A stretch of 64,000 bases of DNA, from the IMG/VR virus record IMGVR_UViG_3300022305_000561. One strand, 5' to 3'. Source of the DNA: a virus. Lineage: Duplodnaviria > Caudoviricetes. Position numbers and translations under genes: made by a program. Under the pieces are notes generated by a model that had not been told where the DNA came from, did not search any database, and was given only the letters and a program-made list of their open reading frames with translations. This document shows, one piece after another, positions 20,114-29,596 of this stretch (positions are counted from its first letter, which is position 1; each line of letters begins with the position of its first letter).

Positions 20114-21379
20114 TTATTTGTCTAGGTTAATGTCAAAAGAATCTTTTATGAGTGAGAATGTGCATTCGTGAGATGATATCCCTACGTTATGTCGTATGGA
20201 TGATATCAAGTAAAATCCAGAAAACATATTGTCTCTAGTGTCAGCCTCAGTATCTTTTTTATCAAGAGGTTTATTTTGATAGAGTTTCAACTCAACCTTT
20301 TGACCTACTGTGTAATCTGTTCTACCCAATACTGTTATTTGAATCTTAACACTTTCTGCTAGTTGTAGTAATGATCTTCTACGTTGAAAGTATTTGGCAT
20401 TTGATATATCGTGATTGCCAGTCATAACAGCATTGGCTTTATGCATAGTAGCAATAGCAGAAACTGAACTATGATTTAATGTCTTGGATAATAATGGATA
20501 TTTATTCAGTCTCTTATCCTTATCATAATCATTCAGGATATCAAATGTTCTAACAGCATAATTCTTTGTTGTTATATCGTGAGTTATCAAGGTTGATGAG
20601 TAAGTCCCATTCTGTATGTTGCTAATGTAATCAAACGATACAGGAATATTCAAATTCAGTACTCGACTGAAGTCACGTTCTATGTTTCGTATACTCTTGA
20701 CCGAATCAATATCTCTTGAATAGGAATCATTTATAAATAACCTAACTGAATCTGTGTTATATAATGATTCTAATGATATAAAATTCAACCCATTTCTATT
20801 CTCAAAGAATAAGAAGGTTGGTGACCCATTAGCATTAACAGCGTGTTCTGCAAGATAGTTTAGATTCTTGATAGGTGACCAAAAATTAGATACATATGCT
20901 ATACCATTAGTGGTTGGCTCAATATGGAATCTATTTGATGTAGGGTTGAGGCTGTATTCAGCAAGAACCTTCTCCGCCAGTTTACCTATATTATCATTAT
21001 ATGATCTACTGATTTTGATATTGAGGTCTAACAAAGCCTCTACTGAGATGAAGTGGAGTGTATAACTCACCACTCTATCGCCAGCCATCTCTCTATCTTC
21101 TAATTTATAAATTCTAAAGGTATTCTCAATGAATGTTCCTTTATTGGTAAATCCTGGTGTTGCTAATCTAATATTGAGGACTTCATTACCAACCAAGGGA
21201 AAGTAATTAACCAAATCCAAAGCATCCTTTATTACAACTGACCCAGTAATAAATGGCGAAAAGATATCCTCAAAAATATTGAGAGATAACATCATATGCC
21301 TAACGTCAATGGAAATACCCTTGGATGATATTATTTCCATTTTTTGAACGTCTATCTCACCTGCACTTTTCAATTCCAT
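20114..21379 (-). CDS. Baseplate hub / tail protein (gp27-like position)
   Basis: IFEDIFSPFITG.V.I.D, FLFFEN..G.NF.SLE, FSG.YLIS.IRH. Confidence 0.75.
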   Translation of the reverse strand: MELKSAGEIDVQKMEIISSKGISIDVRHMMLSLNIFEDIFSPFITGSVVIKDALDLVNYFPLVGNEVLNIRLATPGFTNKGTFIENTFRIYKLEDREMAGDRVVSYTLHFISVEALLDLNIKISRSYNDNIGKLAEKVLAEYSLNPTSNRFHIEPTTNGIAYVSNFWSPIKNLNYLAEHAVNANGSPTFLFFENRNGLNFISLESLYNTDSVRLFINDSYSRDIDSVKSIRNIERDFSRVLNLNIPVSFDYISNIQNGTYSSTLITHDITTKNYAVRTFDILNDYDKDKRLNKYPLLSKTLNHSSVSAIATMHKANAVMTGNHDISNAKYFQRRRSLLQLAESVKIQITVLGRTDYTVGQKVELKLYQNKPLDKKDTEADTRDNMFSGFYLISSIRHNVGISSHECTFSLIKDSFDINLDK

Positions 21380-21879
21380 TATATCGTACCTAACTCTCTA
21401 GCAACTTGATTTATGATTTTTGGGCTGATAATCTTGATTGGTCTTTTACTTTCATTAACAGCATACTCATAATCAGAATTTGTTATTGGCGATGAACCAA
21501 CAACATTACTATCAACAATGAAAGTCTTTCCATTCAGGTTTGCTTCATAATGGTGGATGTCGTTTATATGATCTATACCATATTTGTCAAGTATGACTTT
21601 TGCCATTGAAGACTCCATCACAGGAAAGTCTGTTATGTAATCATAACGATCGTTTGCTAATAAGATAGCCCAATGATAGTCTGCCTTACCATATACCCTT
21701 TCTGCTATTGATTCAGGCGTATCGCCATCAACCATAATGTAAGTATCAAATAAGGTAATGTTAGAGAGCACTTCCTTTCTAACCCTAACATTCTTGGTGA
21801 TGTCTGTCATTACCTTATATTCATCTTTACCATTGATGTTATACTTGTATAAAAGTTTACCAAAATCCTGAAAATACAT
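21379..21879 (-). CDS. gp53: Baseplate wedge gp53
   Basis: MYF..F, DGDTPE.IA..VYG..YHW.ILL.N, IHHYE, NESKR.IK. Confidence 0.9.
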   Translation of the reverse strand: MYFQDFGKLLYKYNINGKDEYKVMTDITKNVRVRKEVLSNITLFDTYIMVDGDTPESIAERVYGKADYHWAILLANDRYDYITDFPVMESSMAKVILDKYGIDHINDIHHYEANLNGKTFIVDSNVVGSSPITNSDYEYAVNESKRPIKIISPKIINQVARELGTI

Positions 21880-23033
21880 TAGAATTTATCCTTTTTAATA
21901 TTGTCTTTATCAAGTTTGCCAAGTTCTTTGAATAATAAGGACATAACAATTTGGGTAGGTGTACCATCTGGAAAGGTTGAAAATGTACCTTGAGGTGCAT
22001 AATCTAAAGAAAGATCCATAAGCACGCAAGAAGTATGATGATGTATGTTATCATTAGGTTGATTATTGTTGTAATAAGTTATATCAAATTCTGATGGATA
22101 GATATACAAGAATTGGTCTTCATCTTTGAATTCGGGGTGCATATGGTATTTGAACTGATGAATAATGTTCAAACAATTAGCAGCTTCTTGAGAGTCTTTT
22201 GGTGCAAATGTATAGGTGAATGAGAAGGTTCTAAAATCAACAGATTTGAATACTTGTTCTTTTACTGGATTAACGGCAGTCTTGGATATTTTTGAAATCA
22301 TTCCCGAGGCATCACCTGCACCTTGCATCGCTAAGGCAGCAGCACCAGCAGAGACAGTCCCCTTGGTATTCTCGCCCATGGCTTGAGCACCACGATACGA
22401 AAGACCGATATCCGCCTCTTCATAATTCACAGAATATTTTACTGATAATGCTAGAGGCATATGTAATGCAATTCCAGTTTTAATACGTTTCACGGGTTGA
22501 TTAAAACCACCAGTCTCATTTGCTACAATTCCCGTAGCTATAGCTCTAGTCGCTCCTCCTATAATTGAGGACAACAATGAACTGGTTTCAATACCAATAG
22601 CGCCTAGCAATTTGTTAGCAATAGCGCCTTGTCCAGCACCAATAGCACCTTGAATACCAGCAACTGCCTTAGCACTAATTTTTTGACCTGTTACTTGATT
22701 TACTCCAAGAACAGCATCAGCAACAAAATTATCAGCAGCCCCAAATTTCCCAATCTTTGATTCGGACTGAACGTTGATATTAAACATAACATAGTTGCCA
22801 CCATATTCTTCTTGCATTATGTTGATAGGATAACTAAACGAATCAATTTTGTATTTTGAATATGGAGTTTCTAGTGCTTCTGTTACAAGTACAGCGGCTG
22901 CAACTTGAGGCACAGTACTTAAAACTGCAGCTATAGCACCACCTGCAATACCGCTTATATTCCCTAAATTCTTTGGGTTATATGGTATAATTCTAACAAG
23001 ACTTCTAGGATCTGCCATTAAATCGTTTGCCAT
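21879..23033 (-). CDS. gp48: Baseplate tail-tube cap gp48
   Basis: IALHMP, NP.KEQVFKSVDFRTFSF.Y.F.PK..EA, F.EL. Confidence 0.85.
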   Translation of the reverse strand: MANDLMADPRSLVRIIPYNPKNLGNISGIAGGAIAAVLSTVPQVAAAVLVTEALETPYSKYKIDSFSYPINIMQEEYGGNYVMFNINVQSESKIGKFGAADNFVADAVLGVNQVTGQKISAKAVAGIQGAIGAGQGAIANKLLGAIGIETSSLLSSIIGGATRAIATGIVANETGGFNQPVKRIKTGIALHMPLALSVKYSVNYEEADIGLSYRGAQAMGENTKGTVSAGAAALAMQGAGDASGMISKISKTAVNPVKEQVFKSVDFRTFSFTYTFAPKDSQEAANCLNIIHQFKYHMHPEFKDEDQFLYIYPSEFDITYYNNNQPNDNIHHHTSCVLMDLSLDYAPQGTFSTFPDGTPTQIVMSLLFKELGKLDKDNIKKDKF

Positions 23034-23063
23034 AACACATTCTCTCTATATTACTATTACACT

Positions 23064-23077
23064 TATTTATATAAATA
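23064..23077. promoter_or_regulatory. Back-to-back T4-type late promoters (palindrome TATTTATATAAATA)
   Basis: TATAAATA on both strands between the divergent gp48 and gp4 operons. Confidence 0.8.
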
Positions 23078-23082
23078 ATTTG

Positions 23083-23523
23083 ATGAAAAAACAAAAATAC
23101 TATCAAGGGTCTTGGACTCCAAAACAAATATACAAATATGATGGCGATTATACAAAAATCACATATCGAAGTTCTTGGGAACTCAAGTTTATGAATTGGT
23201 GCGATAATAACTCTACTGTGTTATCTTGGTCATCAGAGGAAACAGTTGTGCCTTATAGGTCACCTGTCGATATGAAACCTCATAGATATTTTGTAGACTT
23301 TAAAATCAAGGTCAATTCCAACAATGGAATAAAGACCTATTTGGTTGAAATCAAACCTGATATGCAAACTCGTCCACCTAAAGTCCCAACAAGAAACTCC
23401 AAGAGATACTTGACTGAATGCTCAACCTTTATGGTCAATCAAGCCAAGTGGGATGCTGCTGATAGGTGGGCAAAGGACAGAGGTTGGGAATTCATAGTCC
23501 TAACAGAAAAGCATTTATTTTGA
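23083..23523 (+). CDS. gp4: Head completion nuclease gp4
   Basis: YQG...P....KY.GD...I.YRSSWE.KFM.WCD, HRYFVDF, EIKP, NQAKW. Confidence 0.92.
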   Translation: MKKQKYYQGSWTPKQIYKYDGDYTKITYRSSWELKFMNWCDNNSTVLSWSSEETVVPYRSPVDMKPHRYFVDFKIKVNSNNGIKTYLVEIKPDMQTRPPKVPTRNSKRYLTECSTFMVNQAKWDAADRWAKDRGWEFIVLTEKHLF

Positions 23524-23531
23524 TATAAATA
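23524..23531 (+). promoter_or_regulatory. T4-type late promoter
   Basis: TATAAATA upstream of gp2. Confidence 0.7.
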
Positions 23532-23556
23532 GTATAAACAATACCAAGGAATAAAC

Positions 23557-24168
23557 ATGGCAGAACGTGAGAAAAAAGTCGCAACATATTATGATATATT
23601 TGCTCTCAACCAATACAACCTAAAAGACATCACACAAAAGTCGTATTCTTGGTATACCCAACAAGCATTACTTTTAGGTCGCCAAGGGTTTACTGCAAAG
23701 CGTGTGATTGATAATCCTTCAGCTATAAAACAAAGTAAGGTTATTCCTGGAAAATTATATTTATATGGTTATGACCCAAAACATAAAAAGACATTGCCAT
23801 ACTATGATAAGTTCCCAATGGTATTTCCATTCAAAGTAGTTAAAGGTGGGTTCTTAGGGTTGAATATGCATTATATGCCTGTTCCCTTTAGAATAAAACT
23901 CTTAGATAGACTAATGCAGATTGATGGAACAAAGAACACAAAACGAGTAAAGATGCAATTATCTTGGGGTTTGATCTCAGGTGCATCTAGTTTGAAGATA
24001 CTAGAACCTTGTGTTCATATGTATCTTAACGATCATATTCAAACACAGTTTAGAGAAATAGAAAGAGTAGACTGGGCAACAGCAATGATGTTACCTTGTC
24101 AGCAGTTTGTTGGAGCATCTAACATTCAAGTCTGGAGAGACACAATGAAAAAAGCAGGTATGTACTAA
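23557..24168 (+). CDS. gp2: DNA end protector gp2
   Basis: GKLYLY.YDPKHK.TLPYYDKFP, GFLGLNMHY.P..R. Confidence 0.92.
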   Translation: MAEREKKVATYYDIFALNQYNLKDITQKSYSWYTQQALLLGRQGFTAKRVIDNPSAIKQSKVIPGKLYLYGYDPKHKKTLPYYDKFPMVFPFKVVKGGFLGLNMHYMPVPFRIKLLDRLMQIDGTKNTKRVKMQLSWGLISGASSLKILEPCVHMYLNDHIQTQFREIERVDWATAMMLPCQQFVGASNIQVWRDTMKKAGMY

Positions 24169-25004
24169 TGGCAGCAGATGATAGCAAAAAATCAGTTGGG
24201 TTAGATAATTTCATATCCCTAATAAAAAATACTGGATTATCTCAAGTTAGCCATTTTAGTGCTGTGTTATACCCACCACCAATGATGAAACGACTAAAAT
24301 TAGACTTATCCAAGTTTGCTTTGTTATGTGATACTGCCTCAATTCCAGGTATAAGTTTTATGACTAATGACGTTGCGGTATATGGTGAGGCAAGACAAAT
24401 GCCCACCCAGAGATTATTTTCTGATATATCATTAACATTTTATGTTGATTTAAATTTGGTCATCAAGAAATATTTTGATGATTGGACGAATTTGATCATA
24501 GACCCCAAAACAAGATCGGTCAACTATTATCGTGAATATGTGTCTCATATGGATATAATAGTTCACGATAAAAATCATAATGTCAAATACAAAGTAACTC
24601 TTAATGAGTGCTACCCCAAATCAATACGAAATATTGGATTGGATTATAATGACCATAATCCAATGAAACTATCTGTTGAATTCCAGTATAAGGATTATGT
24701 AGTTCATAATCTATCGGGTGAAGGTGAACAGCTAGAATTAAAAGCGTTCCTGAAGGATAGTTTGAATACTGATGTATTAGGTTCAATAAAACGAGAAACA
24801 GCCCGCATAGACAGAGAGCATAGTTCAACCAATGAAACTGGTTCGCCGTTGGTCACGTTGCCTGAGATAGTAATAGAGAATGATGTGCCTAAAACTACGT
24901 TGCCTGAAGTCACACAATCATTAACTAATCCAGATGAGATTATATTACCAACATCAACTAATATCCTTTCAACCACTATAGACCTTCTAAACGCGATATT
25001 ATAA
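24168..25004 (+). CDS. gp54: Baseplate tail-tube initiator gp54-like
   Basis: LCDTASIPG, LTFYVD, YFDDW, L.ECYPK.I..I.L.Y. Confidence 0.8.
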   Translation: MAADDSKKSVGLDNFISLIKNTGLSQVSHFSAVLYPPPMMKRLKLDLSKFALLCDTASIPGISFMTNDVAVYGEARQMPTQRLFSDISLTFYVDLNLVIKKYFDDWTNLIIDPKTRSVNYYREYVSHMDIIVHDKNHNVKYKVTLNECYPKSIRNIGLDYNDHNPMKLSVEFQYKDYVVHNLSGEGEQLELKAFLKDSLNTDVLGSIKRETARIDREHSSTNETGSPLVTLPEIVIENDVPKTTLPEVTQSLTNPDEIILPTSTNILSTTIDLLNAIL

Positions 25005-25005
25005 T

Positions 25006-25416
25006 ATGAACATAGATGATAAATTGAATGAGGTATTTAACCTTGAACCTGTTGATGGTGATTTTATATCCAAACGAGGTGTTGTGTTAGTACCAACAGA
25101 TAATGCAGTAGAGAATGATTGTGATTATTCAAGAAACAATTTGTATGGATTACTACAGAGTGGGCAAGATGCCTTAGAATCTGCATTAGAAATAGCCAAA
25201 CAATCTGAGAACCCAAGAGCGTTTGAGGTAGTAGGTAACTTGATAAAACAACTTGCCGACATAAACCATCAATTGTTAGATGTACATATTAAGAAACAGA
25301 GGATGACTACAAAGGAAGTTGATAAAGCAACATCAATTACAAACAATTCAATATTCGTTGGCTCAACAACTGAACTCAATAAATTTATAAACAATATGAA
25401 CAAAGGTGAATCATAA
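25006..25416 (+). CDS. gp16: Terminase small subunit gp16-like
   Basis: DYSRNNLY.L...GQ.AL....A.QSE.PRAFEV...LIK, FVGSTTEL. Confidence 0.82.
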   Translation: MNIDDKLNEVFNLEPVDGDFISKRGVVLVPTDNAVENDCDYSRNNLYGLLQSGQDALESALEIAKQSENPRAFEVVGNLIKQLADINHQLLDVHIKKQRMTTKEVDKATSITNNSIFVGSTTELNKFINNMNKGES

Positions 25417-26129
25417 TGGCATTACCAAAGCAAAGTACCGCAATATACACAACAACTATACCTTCAACTGAACAATCTGTCAAATTTAGACCATTCCTAG
25501 TTAAGGAAGAAAAGGCTCTGTTGATTGCTCAACAATCTGAAGATAAGAATGTAATGGTTGATACTCTAAAGACCATTATCAAAGATTGTATTGTGGATAA
25601 GATCAACGTTGAAACATTGGCAATGTTTGACCTAGAGTATTTGTTGTTACAAATCAGGGCTAAATCAATTGGTGAGATTGCAGAGTTAATCTTTTCTTGT
25701 GATGTATGTGATGACCCAAAGGCAAGAGTTAAGATTGCTTTTGATTTGACTACTATCAATGTCACTAAAGACCCAAACCATACCAAGAAAATAAACCTAT
25801 TTGATGATGTTGGTGTTGTATTAAAGTATCCAACTATTGATGAAGTAAATGCATTGGCTGATGTAGATTTGGATAATGTTGATGCTGTATTTGATTTGAT
25901 CATATCGTCTATTGAATATATTTATGATGGTGATGAAATTTATCATACAAAAGAACAAACAAAATCTGAGGTTGAAGAGTTCGTCAACAACTTAACCCAG
26001 CAACAATTTAAGTTGATAGAATCATTTTTTGAAACTATGCCAAAATTGAGACAAGATGTTAAATACACTTGCCCTGTTTGCGATAGAGTTCATAACAAAT
26101 ACATTGAAGGTATTGAATCTTTTTTCTAA
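25416..26129 (+). CDS. gp26: Baseplate hub assembly protein gp26
   Basis: MALPK, FRPFLVKEEK.LL, FDLEY..L.IRAKSIGE, CxxC pairs; ends EGIESFF*. Confidence 0.9.
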   Translation: MALPKQSTAIYTTTIPSTEQSVKFRPFLVKEEKALLIAQQSEDKNVMVDTLKTIIKDCIVDKINVETLAMFDLEYLLLQIRAKSIGEIAELIFSCDVCDDPKARVKIAFDLTTINVTKDPNHTKKINLFDDVGVVLKYPTIDEVNALADVDLDNVDAVFDLIISSIEYIYDGDEIYHTKEQTKSEVEEFVNNLTQQQFKLIESFFETMPKLRQDVKYTCPVCDRVHNKYIEGIESFF

Positions 26130-26305
26130 TAGCTCTATGTTCAGATTCCTTGGAAAACTACTACAAGATGAATTTCGCCTTGATGCAGTATCACAAGTAT
26201 TCATTATCTGACATAGAGCATATGATCCCATTTGAACGAGAAGTCTACACAAGTTTATTGACCAACTTCCTTCAGGAAGAAAAAGAGAGACAACAAAAAC
26301 ACTAG
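26126..26305 (+). CDS. gp51: gp51-like baseplate hub assembly domain in the -1 frame of gp26 (probably made as a frameshift fusion)
   Basis: Not in the ORF track: LIALCSDSLENYYKMNFALMQYHKYSLSDIEHMIPFEREVYTSLL...*; first ATG at 26168 lies inside the conserved motif. Confidence 0.85.
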   Translation, partial: LIALCSDSLENYYKMNFALMQYHKYSLSDIEHMIPFEREVYTSLLTNFLQEEKERQQKH

Positions 26306-26328
26306 AACGCCAACAGAGATAAGATAAT

Positions 26329-28428
26329 ATGTTAGATTTACTTGCTAAACAAAATGCTCACTTAGAGGCAATTGAAAACCTATTGAAGACTGATAGGTTG
26401 ATGCAGTTGGCTCAGACTTATGGTATCCACCAAATTGATGTTGATGAGGATAAGGTTGTAAAATCTTTAGCCAGTATTGATAAAGAAGACGATAAGATAG
26501 TTAAGGCGACTGAGAGTATTGCAATCATATTAAGTCAGTTAAGTGCTCAGAATATTGAATCTAACGATTTATCAATAGAATCTAATGTTGTATCATCAAA
26601 AATCGTTAAGGCAATAGAAACTTCTTCAACATTTGCTCAAATCGCAGCTAAGGCACATCTTGAATCTCTAAAGAAGATGCGGGAAGATATAGCCAAAAAT
26701 AACGAACATAAGGGTATTGCTGAAAAGTCTGGGCAGAAATCCGCAACCACTAATATAGTCGACAAGTTCAGAAATACTGTACAGAATATAGGAGAATGGG
26801 GAAAACGAACTAAAGAATCGTTATCAAACTCAGAAGGCAAAATGTCGGTTGGTAGTGTATTAAAATCACCCTTGAAAAGTATAGGTGCAGCACTATCTCC
26901 AAAATATGCAGAACAATTACAATACATCAAAAATGAAAGAAATCTTAATCCAGATTCTGACAAAACTGATAAAGAGTTGAAATCTGATTACAAAGAAAAC
27001 AATCGCTATCAACAAAGAAATGATAGAAACGAAAAGAACCTAGATCGTAATAGAGGAACCCTAACAAAAGAAGAATATTTGAAAGGTGGTTCTGATAAAG
27101 CTAAATCATATGAAAAAGAACAACTGGATATTGGTAGAGGTCTCAAGAAAACCGATTCAAGATATAGATTAGACGATGAGCCAGAGAAGGATGAAAAGGC
27201 TCAGTACAAAGCGGGGGAAAGAGCACTTGGTTCTAGAAAGGCTGATAAGACCCTTGAGAAAAACTTTGCAACACGAACTACCCTAAACGAAAGGAATGTT
27301 GCTAATGAATCAACGTTAGCAACTGCTGTTGGTAAAACAAACTTAACCCAAAAAGAATTCCTATCAGGTAACTCAAAGGAAGCAAAGGCATATAAGAAAG
27401 AACAAGCTGCTGTTGGTAAAGGATTACAGAAAGTTGATTCAAGGTATACATTAGGTCAAGATGAACCATCAAGAGCAAAACCAATTAAGGCTACTGCTGA
27501 ATCAAATAATGTACTTGGAACAGTATCTGCATTGGGTAGTTCTATAGAACCAATGACTGCTGCTAATTTATCTCAAGAAGATAAACTGGAAAGTATTGAA
27601 GTAACAAAAGATTATCAAGATGCTCAACTAAAGAATAATGAAGAACAAACAGAAATCTTTACCGATCAACTAAAAACACAAAAAGAAATACTTGAAATCC
27701 TCAAAACTCCTGGAACTGCAGCACCTGCCTCGACTGGATCTGGTATTGGGTTACCTGAGACTGGGGGAGTTTTACAAAAGGCAGGTGGTTTTCTTAAAAA
27801 GGCAGGCAATGTTGCATCTAAATTTATGGGAGCAGCTGCAGTACCTTTAGCAGTTGGTGTTGTTGGAGCTGCCGCAGCCAACCTTGCTGCAAATACATTC
27901 TCTGATTCCTTTGGAGAAGGTGGGTTTGATGTTGTAAAGAAACTTCAAGATGATAAAGTGATTGATTATAACGCAACTGTTATGGGATTCAATCCTTCTG
28001 AGGTATTAGATTGGGAAGGAATACAAAAGTTAAAACCTGAAGACCTAAAGAAATTGTTGGATTCAGGAGTTGAATTTAGTCCTGAGGATACTTCTAAACT
28101 ACACAAAATATACACACAAAATCTGATTACAAATGGGAAGGATTCTCCTGCCGCTAAACCTGAACAAGTAACACCAACAGCACAACCTGTTACACCTGAA
28201 CAAGTAACACCAACAGCTGAAGCACCTAAAGCAGCAAATGCTGTATATAATCAATCAGCTGAAACAGTGCAATCTGCAACACCTGCAGTTACTCCAGTGG
28301 TTAATAATATATCATCGCCCACAAATGTAGTTAATAACAGTTCTAGTAAATCGCCTATGAGAATTGATGTTAAGAACCCTGAATCATCAGTTCAGGCTAT
28401 GTTTTCAAGTAGACAGAAATTTTATTAA
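26329..28428 (+). CDS. Tape-measure / hub (gp29-like) protein
   Basis: 699 aa, helical and charged, hydrophobic Ala/Gly segment, C-terminal PVVNNISSPTNVVNN; follows gp26/gp51. Confidence 0.6.
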   Translation: MLDLLAKQNAHLEAIENLLKTDRLMQLAQTYGIHQIDVDEDKVVKSLASIDKEDDKIVKATESIAIILSQLSAQNIESNDLSIESNVVSSKIVKAIETSSTFAQIAAKAHLESLKKMREDIAKNNEHKGIAEKSGQKSATTNIVDKFRNTVQNIGEWGKRTKESLSNSEGKMSVGSVLKSPLKSIGAALSPKYAEQLQYIKNERNLNPDSDKTDKELKSDYKENNRYQQRNDRNEKNLDRNRGTLTKEEYLKGGSDKAKSYEKEQLDIGRGLKKTDSRYRLDDEPEKDEKAQYKAGERALGSRKADKTLEKNFATRTTLNERNVANESTLATAVGKTNLTQKEFLSGNSKEAKAYKKEQAAVGKGLQKVDSRYTLGQDEPSRAKPIKATAESNNVLGTVSALGSSIEPMTAANLSQEDKLESIEVTKDYQDAQLKNNEEQTEIFTDQLKTQKEILEILKTPGTAAPASTGSGIGLPETGGVLQKAGGFLKKAGNVASKFMGAAAVPLAVGVVGAAAANLAANTFSDSFGEGGFDVVKKLQDDKVIDYNATVMGFNPSEVLDWEGIQKLKPEDLKKLLDSGVEFSPEDTSKLHKIYTQNLITNGKDSPAAKPEQVTPTAQPVTPEQVTPTAEAPKAANAVYNQSAETVQSATPAVTPVVNNISSPTNVVNNSSSKSPMRIDVKNPESSVQAMFSSRQKFY

Positions 28429-28448
28429 AAAAGGAGTCCGAAGACTCC
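28427..28448 (-). terminator. Rho-independent terminator with C(UUCG)G loop after gp32; may also act on the convergent + strand transcript
   Basis: Minus strand GGAGTC-TTCG-GACTCC-TTTTTT. Confidence 0.85.
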
Positions 28449-28480
28449 CTGAGTGGTTTCTCCTTTAAGAGATAACTGGT

Positions 28481-29389
28481 TTATTCAGCTTCGGCAATAC
28501 TCTTGAAGTAATCAAGGATATCTTCGTCATCACTAGATACTGCAGCTTTTGGCTGTGGCGCTGGAGTTGACTTAGGTTGAGCAGGTTCCGTGGTTGCTAC
28601 TCTTTCAGATATTGCTGAAGCAGTAGTAACAGGAGCTGCATCTAAGTTCAACACATCAGCCAACTTACGGCTCAATTCTTCAAAAGTCTTAAAGTTCTTT
28701 TTATCAAGGAACTCTCTCAAAGGATATTGTTTGTTTACTAATGCAACTAACTTATCCTCATCACCATTGAATAACTCAGATGGTGAATCAAACTCTGATT
28801 TGTCGTACGATGGCCAACCTTCAACTTGTCTAATACGAAGTCTAAAGTTTGCACCTTCCCACAAACTAAATACATTGACTGGAGTTTCATCTTCAAAAGT
28901 TGGCTTGGCTTTATCCATAATCATGTCAAAGATTTTTTTACCAAACTTGAACAACTTAACTTGACCTTCATTCTCAGGATGTTTTGGGTCACTGATTACA
29001 AGAATGTTACAAGTATAGTTTAAACGTCTTTTTTGTTTACGAGCAGTTTCTTTATCTGCTTCTGAACCCGAGTTCCAAAGTTTGGCATTCAAATCACCTA
29101 ATGGATCTTTCTCGCCAATTGTAGATAATGAATTCTCAATATACCAACGACCTGTTGGACCTTGAAATCCGTGATTGAAAATTCGTACCCAAGGAAGGTC
29201 ATCGCCTTCAACTTGCGGTAGAAATCTAATGACAGCAGAACCATTACCTGCTTTATCTCTGTCTAGTTTCCAAAGTCTATCATCATCAAAACTTTTTGAT
29301 GTAGAACCTGGATTAGTGATCTTTTCAAACTCAGAAGTAATTTTTGAAAAGTCATTGTTTCTTAATTTTCTTAACGATTGTATGTCCAT
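28481..29389 (-). CDS. gp32: Single-stranded DNA-binding protein gp32
   Basis: DDRLWKL..DKAGNG.AVIRFLP, HGFQGPTG.WYIENS, FGKKIFD, acidic tail DILDYFKSIAE. Confidence 0.96.
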   Translation of the reverse strand: MDIQSLRKLRNNDFSKITSEFEKITNPGSTSKSFDDDRLWKLDRDKAGNGSAVIRFLPQVEGDDLPWVRIFNHGFQGPTGRWYIENSLSTIGEKDPLGDLNAKLWNSGSEADKETARKQKRRLNYTCNILVISDPKHPENEGQVKLFKFGKKIFDMIMDKAKPTFEDETPVNVFSLWEGANFRLRIRQVEGWPSYDKSEFDSPSELFNGDEDKLVALVNKQYPLREFLDKKNFKTFEELSRKLADVLNLDAAPVTTASAISERVATTEPAQPKSTPAPQPKAAVSSDDEDILDYFKSIAEAE

Positions 29390-29486
29390 TTTATTTCCTA
29401 GTATAGTTGCGAAGTATTGTGTTGCGAAGTATCATTGTATATTTGCTATAACATTATATATCTCCCATAATTTAGTTTACATATCT

Positions 29487-29515
29487 ATTATACCCTATGA
29501 ACCTGAAAAAGTAAA
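29487..29515 (-). promoter_or_regulatory. sigma70-type early promoter for gp32
   Basis: TTTACT-N17-TATAAT. Confidence 0.7.
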
Positions 29516-29527
29516 GATTTATTTTTA

Positions 29528-29596
29528 TATAAATAGGTATAAGTCGCGATGTACCACCATCCACTTATTCTAAAACTATAACGGAGTATCAGCATG
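29528..29596 (+). ncRNA. Late promoter plus structured leader of a GIY-YIG endonuclease gene (copy A)
   Basis: TATAAATA, then ATAAGT-CGC-GATG-taccac-CATC-C-ACTTAT-TCTAA...GGAG...ATG; related copies at 43689-43765 and 31764-31856. Confidence 0.6.

Noticed and set aside
114-22483. Numerous + strand ORFs in the structural region
   Set aside because: Antisense shadows of long conserved - strand genes, with no SD or motifs
23083-23523. TnsA-like transposase
   Set aside because: Sequence and context match T4 gp4; no transposon ends or partner genes
29528-29596. HDV-like/theta ribozyme reading of the leader motif
   Set aside because: No P2 partner after CTAA, so the nested pseudoknot cannot be built by eye
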